Below are positions 1-11,815 of a stretch of DNA of 64,000 nucleotides, piece by piece. The notes beneath the pieces were generated by a model. It was not told the origin of the DNA. It did not search any database and saw only the letters and a program-made list of their open reading frames with translations. The stretch is taken from contig OZ025792.1 in the NCBI GenBank assembly GCA_964019425.1, forward strand, positions 992,001 through 1,056,000, in the 5' to 3' direction. The translations under genes were made by a program, and so were the position numbers. The DNA is from Flectonema sp. DT1601 (Eukaryota). How positions within the stretch are numbered: position 1 is the stretch's first letter; each line of letters begins with the position of its first letter.

Positions 1-164
1 AATTTTACATTTTTTGAACTGCTTGCTTGACCGTTGATGTCTTCTACAGACTTAAGAAGTTCATCAAGTCTAAGAGAATACTTCTCTATCTCTTCTTGTA
101 CAGTTTTGATGTCTGCTGGAAGCCCTGATGATGATGGAGAGCTTTGATTCGACGACGTCGACAT
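1..164 (-). CDS. 5' part of an unknown protein running off the window (MSTSSNQSSPSSSGLPADIKTVQEEIEKYSLRLDELLKSVEDING...)
   Basis: ATG at 164, frame open to the window edge, coiled-coil-like composition, U-tract upstream on the sense strand, same strand as all other genes. Confidence 0.6.
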   Translation of the reverse strand, partial: MSTSSNQSSPSSSGLPADIKTVQEEIEKYSLRLDELLKSVEDINGQASSSKNVK

Positions 165-272
165 ATTGTGTTGTGTGTTCCCCTCCCTCTCTTTGACAAA
201 TAAATTTTTTTCTTTTTTTTTTTGCTCAATTATTAAAAAACAGTTTTGTAGTCAGAAAAAAAGAAAAAATTA

Positions 273-1781
273 CTAAACCAAAGCATCAAATAAGAAATGA
301 ACAGCCGTGAAGAACAACAGATGCGGAAGAGTTAACCACTGAGGATGTAATGACAACTGACATAATAATCCTGTTATGGATATTGATAGCAAAGGAAGGA
401 AGTCAGAAGAGTAAAGCCATGCTAAAGATGCAACACCAACAAAGACACGAATAGCCTTCGGAATTATATCAGACGTCAATTCAATCTTCTCTGTAGTTCT
501 AATCATCATCTGCAACAGTCCCAAACTCAGTAGCATACCAACAACAACAATTGACGCTTCAGGATTGAACCACAACACTTGAAGTGCTCCAATAAGAGGA
601 AACAACGTGTGTGTTTCTTTTACCTTCACTATTCCTGTGAAGAATTCCAACAATAATATCAAACAAATTAAAACCCATATTCCCTGAGAACTGCTATCAG
701 CAAGTATTAATATTGAACAAATAGCAGAAGCAACCTTTGGTGAGAACAACGATGTCCCAGCAACACCAATATAAACGATGAATTGCTCTACAGAAATTTG
801 TGAAAATGGAGAAGAAGTAATACTTAGAATCCAGGGAAACCAAATTACAAATATTAAAATTAACACAAACGTTGAAAGTAAATTTTCTCGTAGTCGAACA
901 GGTATTCCATCCAGTGGGTCAGTTGCTTTCTTTTGATAATCATTATCAACTTTCTTATGTAATTTTAAAATCTCCTCCATAGAAGGAAGCTTTGAATCCA
1001 TTGAAGGGACTGGTAGTGTCGCAGGTCTGACGGGTTCTTCTTTTTTTTCTTCTTCACCAAGAAGTTTTGCAAACAGTTCGTTTTTATTAGAATCCCACAT
1101 ATAACCCAAAGACGATCTAAGTACCGGACAGAATAGTGTTGCTGAAAGAATTGACCATCTGGTTAGGAATTGGACATCAAGAGTTTCAGAATCTATTCCA
1201 CAAGAAATAATTGAAGCAATTAGAGGAGCGAGAACTCGTAAGTTAGTGGTGTCAATAACAGTACCAGATCCTTGTGAATAGATTGTGAGTCCTAAACAGA
1301 TAACACCTGCCCATAGTGGAGCAGTCGATTGCAGTACTAATGTTTCTACTAATGATAATGTGATACCTGCTCCAGCTACAAATATTTCAGCTCCTCCTGA
1401 CAACGGTCCAACAGTTCCACAACTAAATCTATCACACACTCGCAACCCACACAGCAACCAACTACACAAACTAATACCAACATGTGATGTACGTGGTACA
1501 TTTACTATTTGCATAATACTTAAAGGTCCTATTAGTATTCCCATGCTTTCAGTTTTCGATGGGTTTGCTATCCACCAGGTTTCCCATCCTGGCATACGAT
1601 CTTCTTCATTTGCAACATTATAATTTACCGACGTAGACTGTGAGAAACACAGACCCGCCAATCCAGCAATATTAAGTGCTCTCAGCCATTCACCCTGCAA
1701 CATGAGTCCAACACATCCTAATAGTAGCGCAGCACTACACATCAGTACGGAGGATTGATTTGCTCCAACCCATTGCACCAT
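273..1781 (-). CDS. Multipass membrane protein of unknown function (502 aa)
   Basis: Long ORF with many hydrophobic segments flanking a charged loop (EEEKKEEP...); no family motif recognised; true start uncertain. Confidence 0.75.
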   Translation of the reverse strand: MVQWVGANQSSVLMCSAALLLGCVGLMLQGEWLRALNIAGLAGLCFSQSTSVNYNVANEEDRMPGWETWWIANPSKTESMGILIGPLSIMQIVNVPRTSHVGISLCSWLLCGLRVCDRFSCGTVGPLSGGAEIFVAGAGITLSLVETLVLQSTAPLWAGVICLGLTIYSQGSGTVIDTTNLRVLAPLIASIISCGIDSETLDVQFLTRWSILSATLFCPVLRSSLGYMWDSNKNELFAKLLGEEEKKEEPVRPATLPVPSMDSKLPSMEEILKLHKKVDNDYQKKATDPLDGIPVRLRENLLSTFVLILIFVIWFPWILSITSSPFSQISVEQFIVYIGVAGTSLFSPKVASAICSILILADSSSQGIWVLICLILLLEFFTGIVKVKETHTLFPLIGALQVLWFNPEASIVVVGMLLSLGLLQMMIRTTEKIELTSDIIPKAIRVFVGVASLAWLYSSDFLPLLSISITGLLCQLSLHPQWLTLPHLLFFTAVHFLFDALV

Positions 1782-2128
1782 TTTGTTAGTGTTAGTCTCT
1801 GATAGTATATATCAAGTCAGGTGTCCTAAGGCAAGCTCACGTAGAGCATAAGAGTAACGTATTGTGTTGAATGAGAAGTGAGTACAACATCATTCCCTGC
1901 ATTAAAAAACTAGAAAATTAAAAAAAATTGCGGAAAAGACAATGAATCGCTCTTACCTCATTAAACGTACGTATGTTCTTTTTATTCTCCCTTTTTTTTT
2001 CCTTTTTTTTTTTAAATTCTGTTCTTTCTTTTTGTTTTCCCCCTTTCTTTTTTCATGGCTAATATGGTTCCGAATGGCTTTCGTTGCAAAATACAACTAC
2101 AATAACCCTCAGTCATAATACCATATGT

Positions 2129-2159
<31 letters not shown>

Positions 2160-2744
2160 CATCTGCGTATTTTCTTACAACGGATTACATCAGTTAACTG
2201 AAATAGGGGAGTTGACAACAGAATATTAAAAAAAATAAAGAAACAGAAAAAAATTCAAGCATCCCACTAAGGGATACCTCATTAATTGGTTGCGGGTTTT
2301 CATATGCTAAAGAAATGACTAGAGGAATGTCGACACCAAGACCATCATAAGATTGCAGGTGGTACATTCAAAGAAAAATATCGCAGCAAATTTGAAGATC
2401 AAATTTTTGAACGAACATTTGTATAATAAATATCAACAGTTCTGCAGAGATGATATTTCAAAAAAAAAAAAAAAAAAAATTTACCAACCAACCAAACCAA
2501 ATGTCACTCCAATGGATTAGGAATCTACCTAGTTCCCTGTAGGTCCTATACCCAGCTTGACGAGTGATAACGGACCTCCACCAGAGTTCCCCCCGGCTTC
2601 GTCCTATCCAGGCATAGGTAGAGATAGGTAGAGACTGTTAAAAGGAAACAAGCGTCGGAATGAGTTTTGGACATGCAAAGAAGACCCAAAGTCAATCTAG
2701 ATGTAAACTACTGATGCTACGACTATATTTCAAGAATTAATTAT

Positions 2745-2905
2745 TTAGTTAGTTAGTTAGTTAGCAAAATACAAACTGATGACTACGAGGGGTCTGGGTA
2801 GCCCGCATCAGTAAGGACCCAATCGCGAAGATTGTAGTTTCATAGTATTGGCTGGAAGTGATCGACTTCCAGCCTCCACCTTGCCCAGAGGCTAACAGGT
2901 TGTAA
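2745..2905 (-). mobile_element. Dispersed structured SINE/retroposon-like element, copy 1, ending in a (CTAA)5 tail
   Basis: Homologous to 53025-53190 and ~61518-61683; contains hairpins and a pseudoknot; TTAG x5 on + at 2745-2764. Confidence 0.5.
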
Positions 2906-4277
2906 ACAACTAAAGAAAATAAAAAAGAAACGATCTGGGAGTGGGGGGAAGGTGAAAAAAAATAAAAAATCTTCTTTCTTTCATATACATCTTTCTTTAT
3001 AATACGACCACATGTGCCATATGCCCACACTCCACGAAAGAAAATAGAAAACCCCGGAACAGTACCGAGGATCGTTCACCCCCAGTTGTCCAAAGCATTA
3101 TAAGTGTACTGTGGGCTTACCGAAAAGCTTTAGAAATGTACCACAAAAGATTTAGGCAGCACATAGCCATATCACTCAGCAAGAAATGAAAACCAAAAGG
3201 ATCAGGTAAGATGACAGTCAGTTTAAGGTCATAACTGCGCCGGACCATTTAGCATGACTCGAACTTCGACGTTTCAAGAAAAAATGCTTTTGTAATAATA
3301 CAAAGTCACTACCGTGACTGCGGAAGAACCGAAATGTATAAAAGCAAACGGTCGCAAATATTTTTTATGGAATATATATTTAAAAAAAAGTGATTTGTTT
3401 GGTGAACAGCCGAGACGAATCGGCTACTACAATAAAACAAAATTAACTAACGCTTCTTAAAAACTTAAAAGGAAAGGTTAAAAAGTAAAAACGGTACATT
3501 TTTAGAACACTGGAATTAAAATTAAAAGAGAACTTGGAGAAAACTACAGAGGGGATCTGATTAATTGAATGCAACAAACCGAATGCGGTTACGAAACGCA
3601 ATAGTTGACACCATCAAACAGCTTGAAGGGATACAAATATTTGATTTTATTGAGAGAGCATGCCGTGCATCGGTAAATTTCAAAAAATGAATAATAAAAA
3701 AAAAATTAAAATAAAATTGACACCAAACAGGAGCCATAAAATATTCGCACAATAAAAAACTGCAAGAGCCCGTCAGGTATGGCAAAGACTGTGCGTGGAA
3801 ATATTCCAACTAGCGTAAAAGCTCGTACCTTGTAATAGTAAGGAGGTTTATTCTATATTTATCGTTGGCTATTTACACACCTTGAAGATAAGAAAAAAAA
3901 AAAAAAAAAAAGAACGCAATTTTTTTATTTTTGATGCCTAAAATTCCCAACAGTTATTTGAAGAAAAATAATGAAAGGATGGTACACCATACTCATGTAT
4001 GCATAGCAAAAATATATATTGCTTTATACTGATATTTAAAAGCGCTCAAATGAAAAAAAAAAAAAAAAAAAGTAGCTTTGTTCTTGAAGAACAGAAAGCA
4101 ATACTATTGAATAATCAAACAAGGGTGAATTCCAATATAAACCGTCAACCAGGAGAGGTCTAATATTATTTATTTATTTTTCGCAGGTTGGCGCCACTTC
4201 AGATCACGTAGTACGGTGATACTGAGATGTCCTTTAAAATTTGAAGGAAGAATAGCCTAACGACGGGTAAGAAGAAC

Positions 4278-4310
<33 letters not shown>

Positions 4311-4422
4311 CAGTAAATGTCTGTAACATCAAGTCTTGATACTCGACAATAGCGAGAATATGGTATATAATAATTGTTTTTTTCAAATTAAGCTTCGGCT
4401 GAATGGATTAAAGAAAAAAACT

Positions 4423-4475
4423 ATTCAGATAAAGCCATATTTTGTTGATCGCAGACAGTAATACTGGCGCAAATG
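4423..4475. repeat. ~55-bp direct repeat, second copy at ~6114-6170
   Basis: ATTCAGATAAAGCC..ATATTTTGTTGATCGCAGACAGTA.TACTG.CGCA occurs at both sites. Confidence 0.8.
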
Positions 4476-7400
4476 TATTTTCGGGGGGCGTCTTTAAAAT
4501 AGAAACCTCTTATCATGTTTTGCGATAATGGTTAGAGGGGAAAAAAAAAAAAAAAAAACTATTAAAAGTGATATTTGTCTGAAAAAAATAGAGGAGATGG
4601 AAAGAGAGAAGAGAAAATCGATATTTAAAAAGAAGAGAGCCAACTAATGGCGTTGAAAGGTGAGCCGCGTAGATACAGACGAAAATAATTACATTTTCAA
4701 CCAAGCCTAAGCAATTCTCCGTGAATACATTAAAATCGGTATACAAAAATTTAAGAAAACAAAACACGTAACGTTGAGGACTAGTTTCCACTAGGCTGGA
4801 AAAAAACATGGGGGAAAAAAAAAGAATTTTTATGTTATTTTTAAAATAACTACAACGAGTTATTCTGCAAAACAAAGGAGCTAAAAGTTGATAAAAAAAA
4901 AATAACATAAATAGCACCTACACAATAAAAAAGAAATATGTGGGAAACAAAAGATAGACATACCTTTTTTTTTCTTTCTATCGTTCACTTCGTATATTGT
5001 AAACCGTAAAAACTTGTAAACGAGTTACTGTTTACAACAAATAAAAATTATAAAAAAAAAATGATTTTAAAAAGAAAATGAACAATAGCACGTTTGTCTC
5101 CCCTTGCAATAAAAAAACATGAGTAACAAGAAAAACAGACTTTTCTGTCTTTCCTGTAACGGGGTACAGAGAGAACAAAAAAAAAAAAATAAATAAATAA
5201 ATAACTACAAATCTGGTCTGCGGTACTACCGAAACAGTAGTGGTATAAGACCGATCAGGTAACAGTTTACGTGCAGAAATTGGTAATTCACGATGGGGGT
5301 TAGGTACACTCTCGCAGACCATCCCTTTTTATTTTATACTACTAAACATCTGAATGTCTGTGGGTACAAACAGGTTGTCAAGTTAAAATTATTATTATTT
5401 TTTGGGATTATGACGAGGGTTAAGCAAACAACCCCAGACAAATCATACAAAACAAGGAATTTATTATTCGTTCGGGGAGGTGTTCATAGAATCTGATAAT
5501 TATAAAGAAATGAAATAAGGGAACAGAGCTTGCTGTTCTTCCTTCATTCAACTCCTTTAAGAAACCGAGTGAGCCAGACACAACAGAAAAAAAAAAAAAG
5601 GCAATTGGCTAGAATAGTTCATAGGGCACACATCCAGATAACTTCTTTGCATCAATTTATGGACACGGCTGCTGATTTTGATAAATAAATATCAAAGAAA
5701 ATCCATCACAAAATCATCGTATTGCGTACAAAGAAGCAAAGGGAGTTCAGAGTGCCTTGAAGCAACAAATATTTTGCCAAGCCAGTATAACAAAAAAAAT
5801 TGGGGGAAAGAAAAAAAAAAAGGTTCTGAAATACAACAACAGTAATAACTACAAGCTGTTTTCTTTTTCTTTCTTTTGTATCCTTCTCGAGTAAAATTTG
5901 ACCCAACAATTACAAAAAAAAACCTTAACCTTGGGCATAAAGCTATACTTTTACTAAAGAAGAAAAAAGAATCGGCACCTCACTAAATAATTCTCCACTT
6001 TGTTTTTGTTTGTGCGCAACCGGAAACAAGCCTATAAAGTAAGGGTGTTAACGTTACGCTGCCACAATTCTCTTTCGCTCGTAAAACATGTCTTCGAGAT
6101 GAAAAAAAAAACCATTCAGATAAAGCCTTTATATTTTGTTGATCGCAGACAGTATTACTGACGCACAATGGAAACATAGAAAACATTGACATAAAAAATA
6201 GACGGCTCTTAATCTGAATAGTTTTTTCTCCGACTCGTCGGCGCAAAAAAAAAAAAAAAAAAAAAAAAATGCTTAATTACTGTTTTTAGAAAAATCTCAT
6301 CTGTTTTAAAGTCATTAAAAAAGAAATTTTGGAATAAAATAAATTTGTGGAAAGATGCTTAATCAGTCTTCTAAATTGAATTTTGTGACTATAATAATAT
6401 ACCATGTCATCAAAAAAGAAAACTTATACTTTTTTTTTGGTACAGTCTGAGCTGACATGTGGGAAAAAAAAAAGAAATTTCCCACAGAAAGCAGTAAAAC
6501 GGTGTTGACACGATCCCCACTGCCAACATAATATAATCCTTCCGAAAGTTGCAAAAAAAATACATAGAAAACTCTATTGAACGGATTGCAACACTCGCTT
6601 ATTAGTTTGCAGCTTACCAGGGTACTGCTTCTAGTGATGTAGCAGTCTGTGCATAGTTTTTTCACCGTTGGGGAAAAAAAAAAAAAATAAATAAAAAATA
6701 AGTTATCCCGATGGGCACATATTTCAGGTCACAACAATCTCTTTAATAGATTATAGTGTCCTCACAAATACGAGAGAATCACAACTGTCAAAGAACTGAA
6801 GTCGCACAGCAAGACTTCGTGGTGTTCCAGAAGTTGCTTTGCTTTGCAGACAAGAGTTCGATGATAAGATCGTAATTAATTGAAACACTAGGATTATCTT
6901 TGAATACCTCATTGTTCAATATTATGTAATAGACTGTATGCAAACTCGCATCAACCATGGCCCCCACAAATAACAATTTTGCTATTTTGTAAAATACACA
7001 TGGTGACAAACTTGGAGTTTAATAGTTTTTCTTTTCCTTTTTTTTTTCACATTAATTTCCCCCAAGTTTTTTTTTTCTTACTTCTCCCTTTCAAGGAGAG
7101 AAGAAACTAAAATAGATCTTCACAGGTGGGATAATGGAGGGAAAAAAAAAGGGGAAAAAAAAAAAAAGAAAAAATAGAGGGGGGGAAAAAAGAATTGTAA
7201 TAAAAATAATTTCGATAGAAGCGGGAAATAGAAATTGGCTTTGCAAGAGATTTTCGTACAATATAGTCAGCACGAAACAATAAACGACTTGAATAGACAT
7301 AGAGTTGTCAGCAGTCGTCCTTTCTGGGGTTAAAGAAACATTTTAAGTACTTCAGGGAAATGAAATACACCTTACCGAGAGTTCTTTTTTTTTTTTTTTT

Positions 7401-7924
7401 CTTCGTTTTTTTTTTCCCCCTTTCTCCCACAGGTAGTTTCGTCACATCAAGAATTAAAACAAACATTATCACTGTAGCATTCCCTCCTTATAACCAGTAA
7501 ACAATTGTAGTAGACCCAGAGAACGGTCTTTAATCGTTGTATGCATATTCTCTCGAGTTTCCTTTAGGAAAAAGATTACCATGCAGCCAAGCATATAATG
7601 ATTGCCAAATCATAGTAAAGGAGGGAGATGGGGTAAAAAAAATACAGCAGAAATGAGAGGACTAAAAGAACAAAAAAAAAAAAAAAAAATGCTATGACAC
7701 TACTAAGCGCGATCTGGAAAAACAAACGAACATAAATTATATATTTCGCACAATAAGTAACGGAATTCTGTACTTTTCACGTACCACTACCGTGATTCTC
7801 CCAAAGATAGATATGAATGGTTTTATGTAAAATAATTGTGCAATCTCGTCATCAATTTATTTATATATCGCAGTTTTACTACCAGACTGCCGTTGAAAAT
7901 CCAAAAATGAAAATTTTCTCAAAA

Positions 7925-10642
7925 TTAAGTTTTTATTTTGTCAAGATACTCGTTAGAAGGAGCTGGTGAAGGACGGGATTTTGGAACTCTCGAAGGAGGA
8001 GTACCCGGAGTCTCAACATGTGCAAGTCGACTCTCAATGTACTCATGTACAGCAAGCGGTACAGTAGTTCGATCTTTAAACACGTTGCTATATTCCGTAG
8101 GAGGTTTTCCAGTTATTAAAAGTACTTCCTCACTGTATCGACGAAGACGACCAGCAATAATCTTAGCTAACGGGTCTGCCTGAGGCAATGCAGAGAGCAT
8201 ATCAGTAACTTGAGAAATAGGTGCATTCTGCATTAGTAATCCCCATGCCCTGTCATAAGGACTATCTCGATCGTGCATTGCATACATCCATTCAGTATTT
8301 GTATTTAGTAATTTAGCCATTCTGTATATTATGTGTGGACGAGGGCTTTCGGGAAGTCGTATGTAGTCGACTGCCGATGTGTGAAATTGACTTTTAATTT
8401 CATCGGCGCACCTTGTTCCAACCAGAATATCAAATTTTCCACTAATACAGACAGCTATTATAGCCATTGTATGTACAGAGATCTTTCCCATTACAATCGG
8501 TGCTTTCATTCCAGTACAACCCATGTTTCCAACGATACAACTACCAGAAGCAATTGCAAGGGCGGGTAAGGTACACTGTGTTGAATACTCGTCGGATAAT
8601 ACGGTTAGTTTTTCTCTTACAAGCATGCTGTACTTGGCAGCCTTTAAGCTAGATCCAATGCAAGGCTTTAGACCATTAAAGTTAATAAATATTCTGTCAC
8701 CGTTAAATCTCTCAACAGTTCCATGATATACGCCGCTCTCAGCTAAACAAATCTGCAGCCATGCGGAATGGAACTCAGTTATAACGAGAGGGTCGTGGGT
8801 GTGCACGAATTTCGAAAAATCGTGACAGCCAATTGCAACTTGTGCACAACCTTTTCTGCGTTGAATATGAACTGCTAGAACTTTCTTTTTACTAGATGTT
8901 GTGGTTGTTGTTGATATGACGCTTCCTCTTCTCTTTCGCCCTTCCACGCCAGCGGAAGATGATGAACACGAGCTTGTTGCTTCATTGTGTACTACTATCT
9001 CTTCGTCTGTTTTACTTTTGCTAAAAGGATGTAACGACTGCGGCATGTAAGGACGATACTCCCTCATAGAACGCGTCATTATAATAAAAGAATGCTGCAT
9101 TGAAGCAACCTCAGTCAGAATAGAGGATTGAGTAGCATCATCGACATCATCGAGTTGGAGGTTAGCAACTTGATGCATTTCAGTTCCTAGTCGGTGGAGT
9201 GATTTCGATAATTGAAAAGACATAACAACTGATATTGCAACCATGATCACTGATATTGCGGCAACTATTCCAATGTGTAGATATCTGTCCTCCTTCAATT
9301 CGTCTTCTATTTCGGAATTTCTTACATCGACAAGAGCCACTGTCTCCTTCCGAAATTCCCTTGTTGATTCCAATGACCAATCAGCGTCTAGGGACACAAC
9401 TAGCCACCAGTTGATGTCGTACTCGTCTTGTAATTCTTTTACACCGACGTTTAATTGTTTTTCCTCATTTCCAGTATTAACAAGGAAGGTTTGCACAGTA
9501 AGGTTTCGCTCTTGTTGGATAGTGCCTGCGTGTTTGAAAGGATTTTGTGAAGCACCAGAATACTTTTCTGGTTGTTGCTGTTCAGCATCTTGTGCTTCAC
9601 GTAACAACGTTAGAGAAACTGATCTGATAGTCGGGTCTATGGCTTCATCTGTTGGGTTTAATGGAACTTTTTCAACAAGCCATCCATTAGCAAGGTTAGT
9701 TTTATAAACCCAAGACTCTCCATGAGAAACAGCAATCAAGGAACTTGGTGTTGTTACCATCAGTCGTTCACTACTTGTTTTAGAGTTGCTCGCAAAGAGA
9801 CCCTTTATCGTATTCGTTAAGATTTCAATATCAGATGCAACATAAGCAGTAGCTTCGTCATTGTGAAGACGACCCATTAGAAGTGGTCCAGAAAATAAAC
9901 TAAAAGCTGATAACTTCGCCCATTGCGGAGTTAGACTTGGAATAACCACTTGGTCATTATTCAAGTTTTTTGGAGTAATTGGAAGAGTATTGGTTGGAAG
10001 TCCACACTTTCCAAAAGCATTGAATAGAATACTTCTGTCACCTGTTCCATTGACGAGAACATCAGCCTCATCTTGAGTACAATCAATTCTACTAACATTG
10101 TACCAATAAGAGTCAGCTAATTGACCTAAATTTGTAAATGCATTTCCTTCCTCATTCGTTACAAGAATCGCTGAAGGGACTTCCATGCTGGCCCCTTGCG
10201 TAATTGCAAAGTCGGAGATCATACACATCTTTCCGTCATCTCCTACAAATCCAACAGCTGTAACAACATCTCTTGTTGAGTGGAGTGACGCTAAGTATGG
10301 AATAGATTGAAGATACTGAGACCAATTCATAGCGGAATCCCAATATTTCGATAGTCGAAGTAGAGCAATTAGTGTGAATCGAACTTCATCTAATTTACTA
10401 TTGACTGAACAACTCACAGAGTCCAGTCTCTCTGATAACATTAAAGCAGTGATGCTAAGAATTCGAGTCTCTGCTGATTCAAAACAAGAAGCCATCATAT
10501 TATCTTGATGAGCACGTTGTTTTGATAAAGCATCTTCAGCATTCTTCGTTGACAACGACAGCGCTATCGAAACAGATATCAACAGGCAGGGTACCATAAA
10601 TGCTATAGCGGCCCATTTTAAAGGGATACTCTTTGGTGGCAT
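7925..10642 (-). CDS. Receptor-type adenylate/guanylate cyclase-like protein (TM, extracellular sensor, TM, HAMP-like, degenerate class III cyclase domain), 905 aa
   Basis: Two TM helices, HAMP-like SKSLHRLGTEM...EVASMQHSF, cyclase-fold motifs GTVERFNGDRIFINF and IASGSCIVGNMG. Confidence 0.85.
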   Translation of the reverse strand: MPPKSIPLKWAAIAFMVPCLLISVSIALSLSTKNAEDALSKQRAHQDNMMASCFESAETRILSITALMLSERLDSVSCSVNSKLDEVRFTLIALLRLSKYWDSAMNWSQYLQSIPYLASLHSTRDVVTAVGFVGDDGKMCMISDFAITQGASMEVPSAILVTNEEGNAFTNLGQLADSYWYNVSRIDCTQDEADVLVNGTGDRSILFNAFGKCGLPTNTLPITPKNLNNDQVVIPSLTPQWAKLSAFSLFSGPLLMGRLHNDEATAYVASDIEILTNTIKGLFASNSKTSSERLMVTTPSSLIAVSHGESWVYKTNLANGWLVEKVPLNPTDEAIDPTIRSVSLTLLREAQDAEQQQPEKYSGASQNPFKHAGTIQQERNLTVQTFLVNTGNEEKQLNVGVKELQDEYDINWWLVVSLDADWSLESTREFRKETVALVDVRNSEIEDELKEDRYLHIGIVAAISVIMVAISVVMSFQLSKSLHRLGTEMHQVANLQLDDVDDATQSSILTEVASMQHSFIIMTRSMREYRPYMPQSLHPFSKSKTDEEIVVHNEATSSCSSSSAGVEGRKRRGSVISTTTTTSSKKKVLAVHIQRRKGCAQVAIGCHDFSKFVHTHDPLVITEFHSAWLQICLAESGVYHGTVERFNGDRIFINFNGLKPCIGSSLKAAKYSMLVREKLTVLSDEYSTQCTLPALAIASGSCIVGNMGCTGMKAPIVMGKISVHTMAIIAVCISGKFDILVGTRCADEIKSQFHTSAVDYIRLPESPRPHIIYRMAKLLNTNTEWMYAMHDRDSPYDRAWGLLMQNAPISQVTDMLSALPQADPLAKIIAGRLRRYSEEVLLITGKPPTEYSNVFKDRTTVPLAVHEYIESRLAHVETPGTPPSRVPKSRPSPAPSNEYLDKIKT

Positions 10643-10825
10643 GCCCTCCCTGCCTTTAAAATTCTAAAGGGGGGGGGTGAAACTTGGATAATTTAAAAAC
10701 CGTAACAACTTACTCCTGGTGTTCAAGTACTTGACTGGAAAAAAATATTTGCAGTTGTTAATGAAAGAAGGTAGTTCTGACGGGTGTTTGAATGTTTTTG
10801 AGTATATTTATGAAGAAATAAATAA

Positions 10826-11600
10826 CTGTATTGATACAGTGACCAAAGGTAATGTTAACTGTATACACATCACTTATAATAATTCTGAAGGGGGGGGGAA
10901 GACTGGTTGATTAGGTTCATACGAATATAGATCTCTGTATTGTATCAGAACTCAATAATAAAATTAAAAAAAATCATGACACAGTGACTAAAATGTTAAT
11001 ACAGGCTAACACTCCGCAATTGACGTACTTGCTCTACATTATAATCAATGTTTCTAACTTATCTGCATACATGTCTCTGTATTGATACAGTGACTAATGG
11101 TAATGTTAACCGTATACACATCGCTTATAATAATTCTGAAGGGGGGAAAGCAAGTGTTAAATTATATTTTCACAAATCACGAAGGTTTAGGGATTCTTTT
11201 GAATTTCTTTTTATCTTTCTGTGACTTTCCATTGTAAGTGGATTGGTCAAAAACAAGAAATAAAAAATATATAAAATAAAAAAAAGGAAATAATTTCGCG
11301 CAATAAAAATATTCAGGTGATTTGATAATGCGCAATCATATCATCCAGTCTGCAGGAGAAAGAAAATAAATAAAATAAAAATAAAAAAATATATAAATTT
11401 GGTCAGTCAATCAAGTCCTGCTATGTTGACGACGAGAGGATGAACGACGTCAAGACAATAGCTCACTCTTGACTATGGGGGCTTTCTCGATGTGTGTACC
11501 AAGAAAGTTCTTGGGATAAAACCGTTTAAATTTTGTACGTAAAATACAAACGTATTGTATCATAAACATCATAACGATAAGTTTCAGATACAGTGATTAG
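10826..11600. repeat. Cluster of degenerate copies of dispersed repeat family A, including a local ~70-bp duplication (10826-10900 vs 11077-11148)
   Basis: Shares GATACAGTGAC.AA.GGTAATGTTA, AATGTTTCTAACTTA.CTGCATACA and TTTGTACGTAAAATACAAA with 58857-59045, 60122-60250 and 37162-37205. Confidence 0.75.
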
Positions 11601-11815
11601 ATGTGATGCTTAACTTAGTAGCTTTCTGAAGTAACTATAGGAATCGAGAGTAATCCATATACCTCTTACCTCTAGAAGTAAGTCAGTCAACTATAGTGAC
11701 TGAAGAATCCTAATATTAGCAAGACTAGGAGTGTAGTTAGAGAGGATTAGTGACGTTGGGACAACAGCTCACTATTGACTACGAGGCTTTCTTGATATAT
11801 GTGTACCAAGACAAC
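11447..11815. repeat. Imperfect ~60-bp direct repeat pair (~11447-11505 and ~11752-11812)
   Basis: GACAA.AGCTCACT.TTGACTA.G.GGCTTTCT.GAT...TGTGTACCAAGA occurs at both positions. Confidence 0.7.

Noticed and set aside
2745..2764. Telomeric repeat or CRISPR-like array
   Set aside because: Unit is TTAG rather than TTAGGG and the tract is short; no repeat-spacer array was seen in the window
2776..2812. Hammerhead ribozyme suggested by CTGATGA
   Set aside because: No GAAA after a stem II; the motif is one arm of a helix favoured on the other strand
7766..7776. TTCTGTACTTT resembling the 3' part of a euglenozoan spliced leader
   Set aside because: Only 11 nt match; no remaining exon or donor context
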